A stretch of DNA of 64,000 nt from Camelus ferus (Eukaryota), in contig NC_045696.1 of NCBI RefSeq assembly GCF_009834535.1, forward strand, positions 93,870,001 through 93,934,000, read 5' to 3'. The translations under genes were made by a program, and so were the position numbers. The notes beneath the pieces are model-generated. The model was not told the DNA's origin and did not search any database. It saw only the letters and a program-made list of their open reading frames with translations. Of this stretch, positions 63,745 through 64,000 are shown piece after piece; position 1 is the stretch's first letter, and the number at the start of each line of letters is the position of its first letter.

Positions 63745-64000
63745 TATTCATGCATTCACACTGTCACTCATAAATTCATCACATACTTATCACAAGCCTA
63801 GTCTAAGTCAGGCATTGCTTCAGGCACTAGCGGTGTAAGAGGAGACAAAGTGAACAAAAGTCTCTGCCTTCATGCAGCTTTTATTCTAGTGGGAATAGAA
63901 GGACAATTAACAAGAAAAGTAAATCACAGTATATTAGAGGGGTAAGTGTCATGAGGATAAGAAATCTCAAGGAAGTAGTGGTGAAAAAGTCTTGCAGCTC
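63745..64000 (-). mobile_element. L2 3' end, runs off the window
   Basis: attcatgcattca...gtcaggcattgcttcaggcactag...aagtctctgccttcatgcagcttttattctagtggg. Confidence 0.75.

Noticed and set aside
1..64000. Promoter/CpG island, processed pseudogene, NUMT, snoRNA, endogenous viral coding sequence or a novel multi-gene system
   Set aside because: None was recognisable by eye. CpG is depleted throughout and the only coding signal is the five ARHGEF26 exons plus L1 remnants. A Rfam/BLASTX search would be needed to exclude highly diverged cases.

Overview
Mammalian genomic DNA, very probably camelid: it has four tRNA-Ala(AGC)-derived Vic-1-type SINEs and I saw no Alu, CHR/Bov or PRE SINEs. The whole window lies inside one minus-strand gene, ARHGEF26 (SGEF, a RhoG guanine-nucleotide exchange factor). 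Five internal coding exons (52743-52799, 49548-49708, 13238-13390, 10036-10165, 6173-6247; 57, 161, 153, 130 and 75 nt) have canonical AG/GT boundaries. They splice in frame into 192 aa covering most of the Dbl-homology (DH) domain. The rest is intron, including one of 36.2 kb. It is filled with L1 3' fragments of several ages, L2, MIR, MaLR and ERV1 solo LTRs, hAT and Tigger MITEs, and microsatellites. Nearly all ORFs in the supplied track are spurious or repeat-derived. I found no convincing previously undescribed biological system. The best leads are small: an unexplained 53-bp dispersed duplication with degenerate sub-repeats, a microexon or recursive-splice-like motif, two strong-site pseudoexons, nested insertions with intact target-site duplications (TSDs), a MER41-like LTR and a few enhancer-like motif clusters. 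Repeat family names are from recognition by eye and need RepeatMasker/Dfam confirmation. Boundaries of old repeats are approximate.
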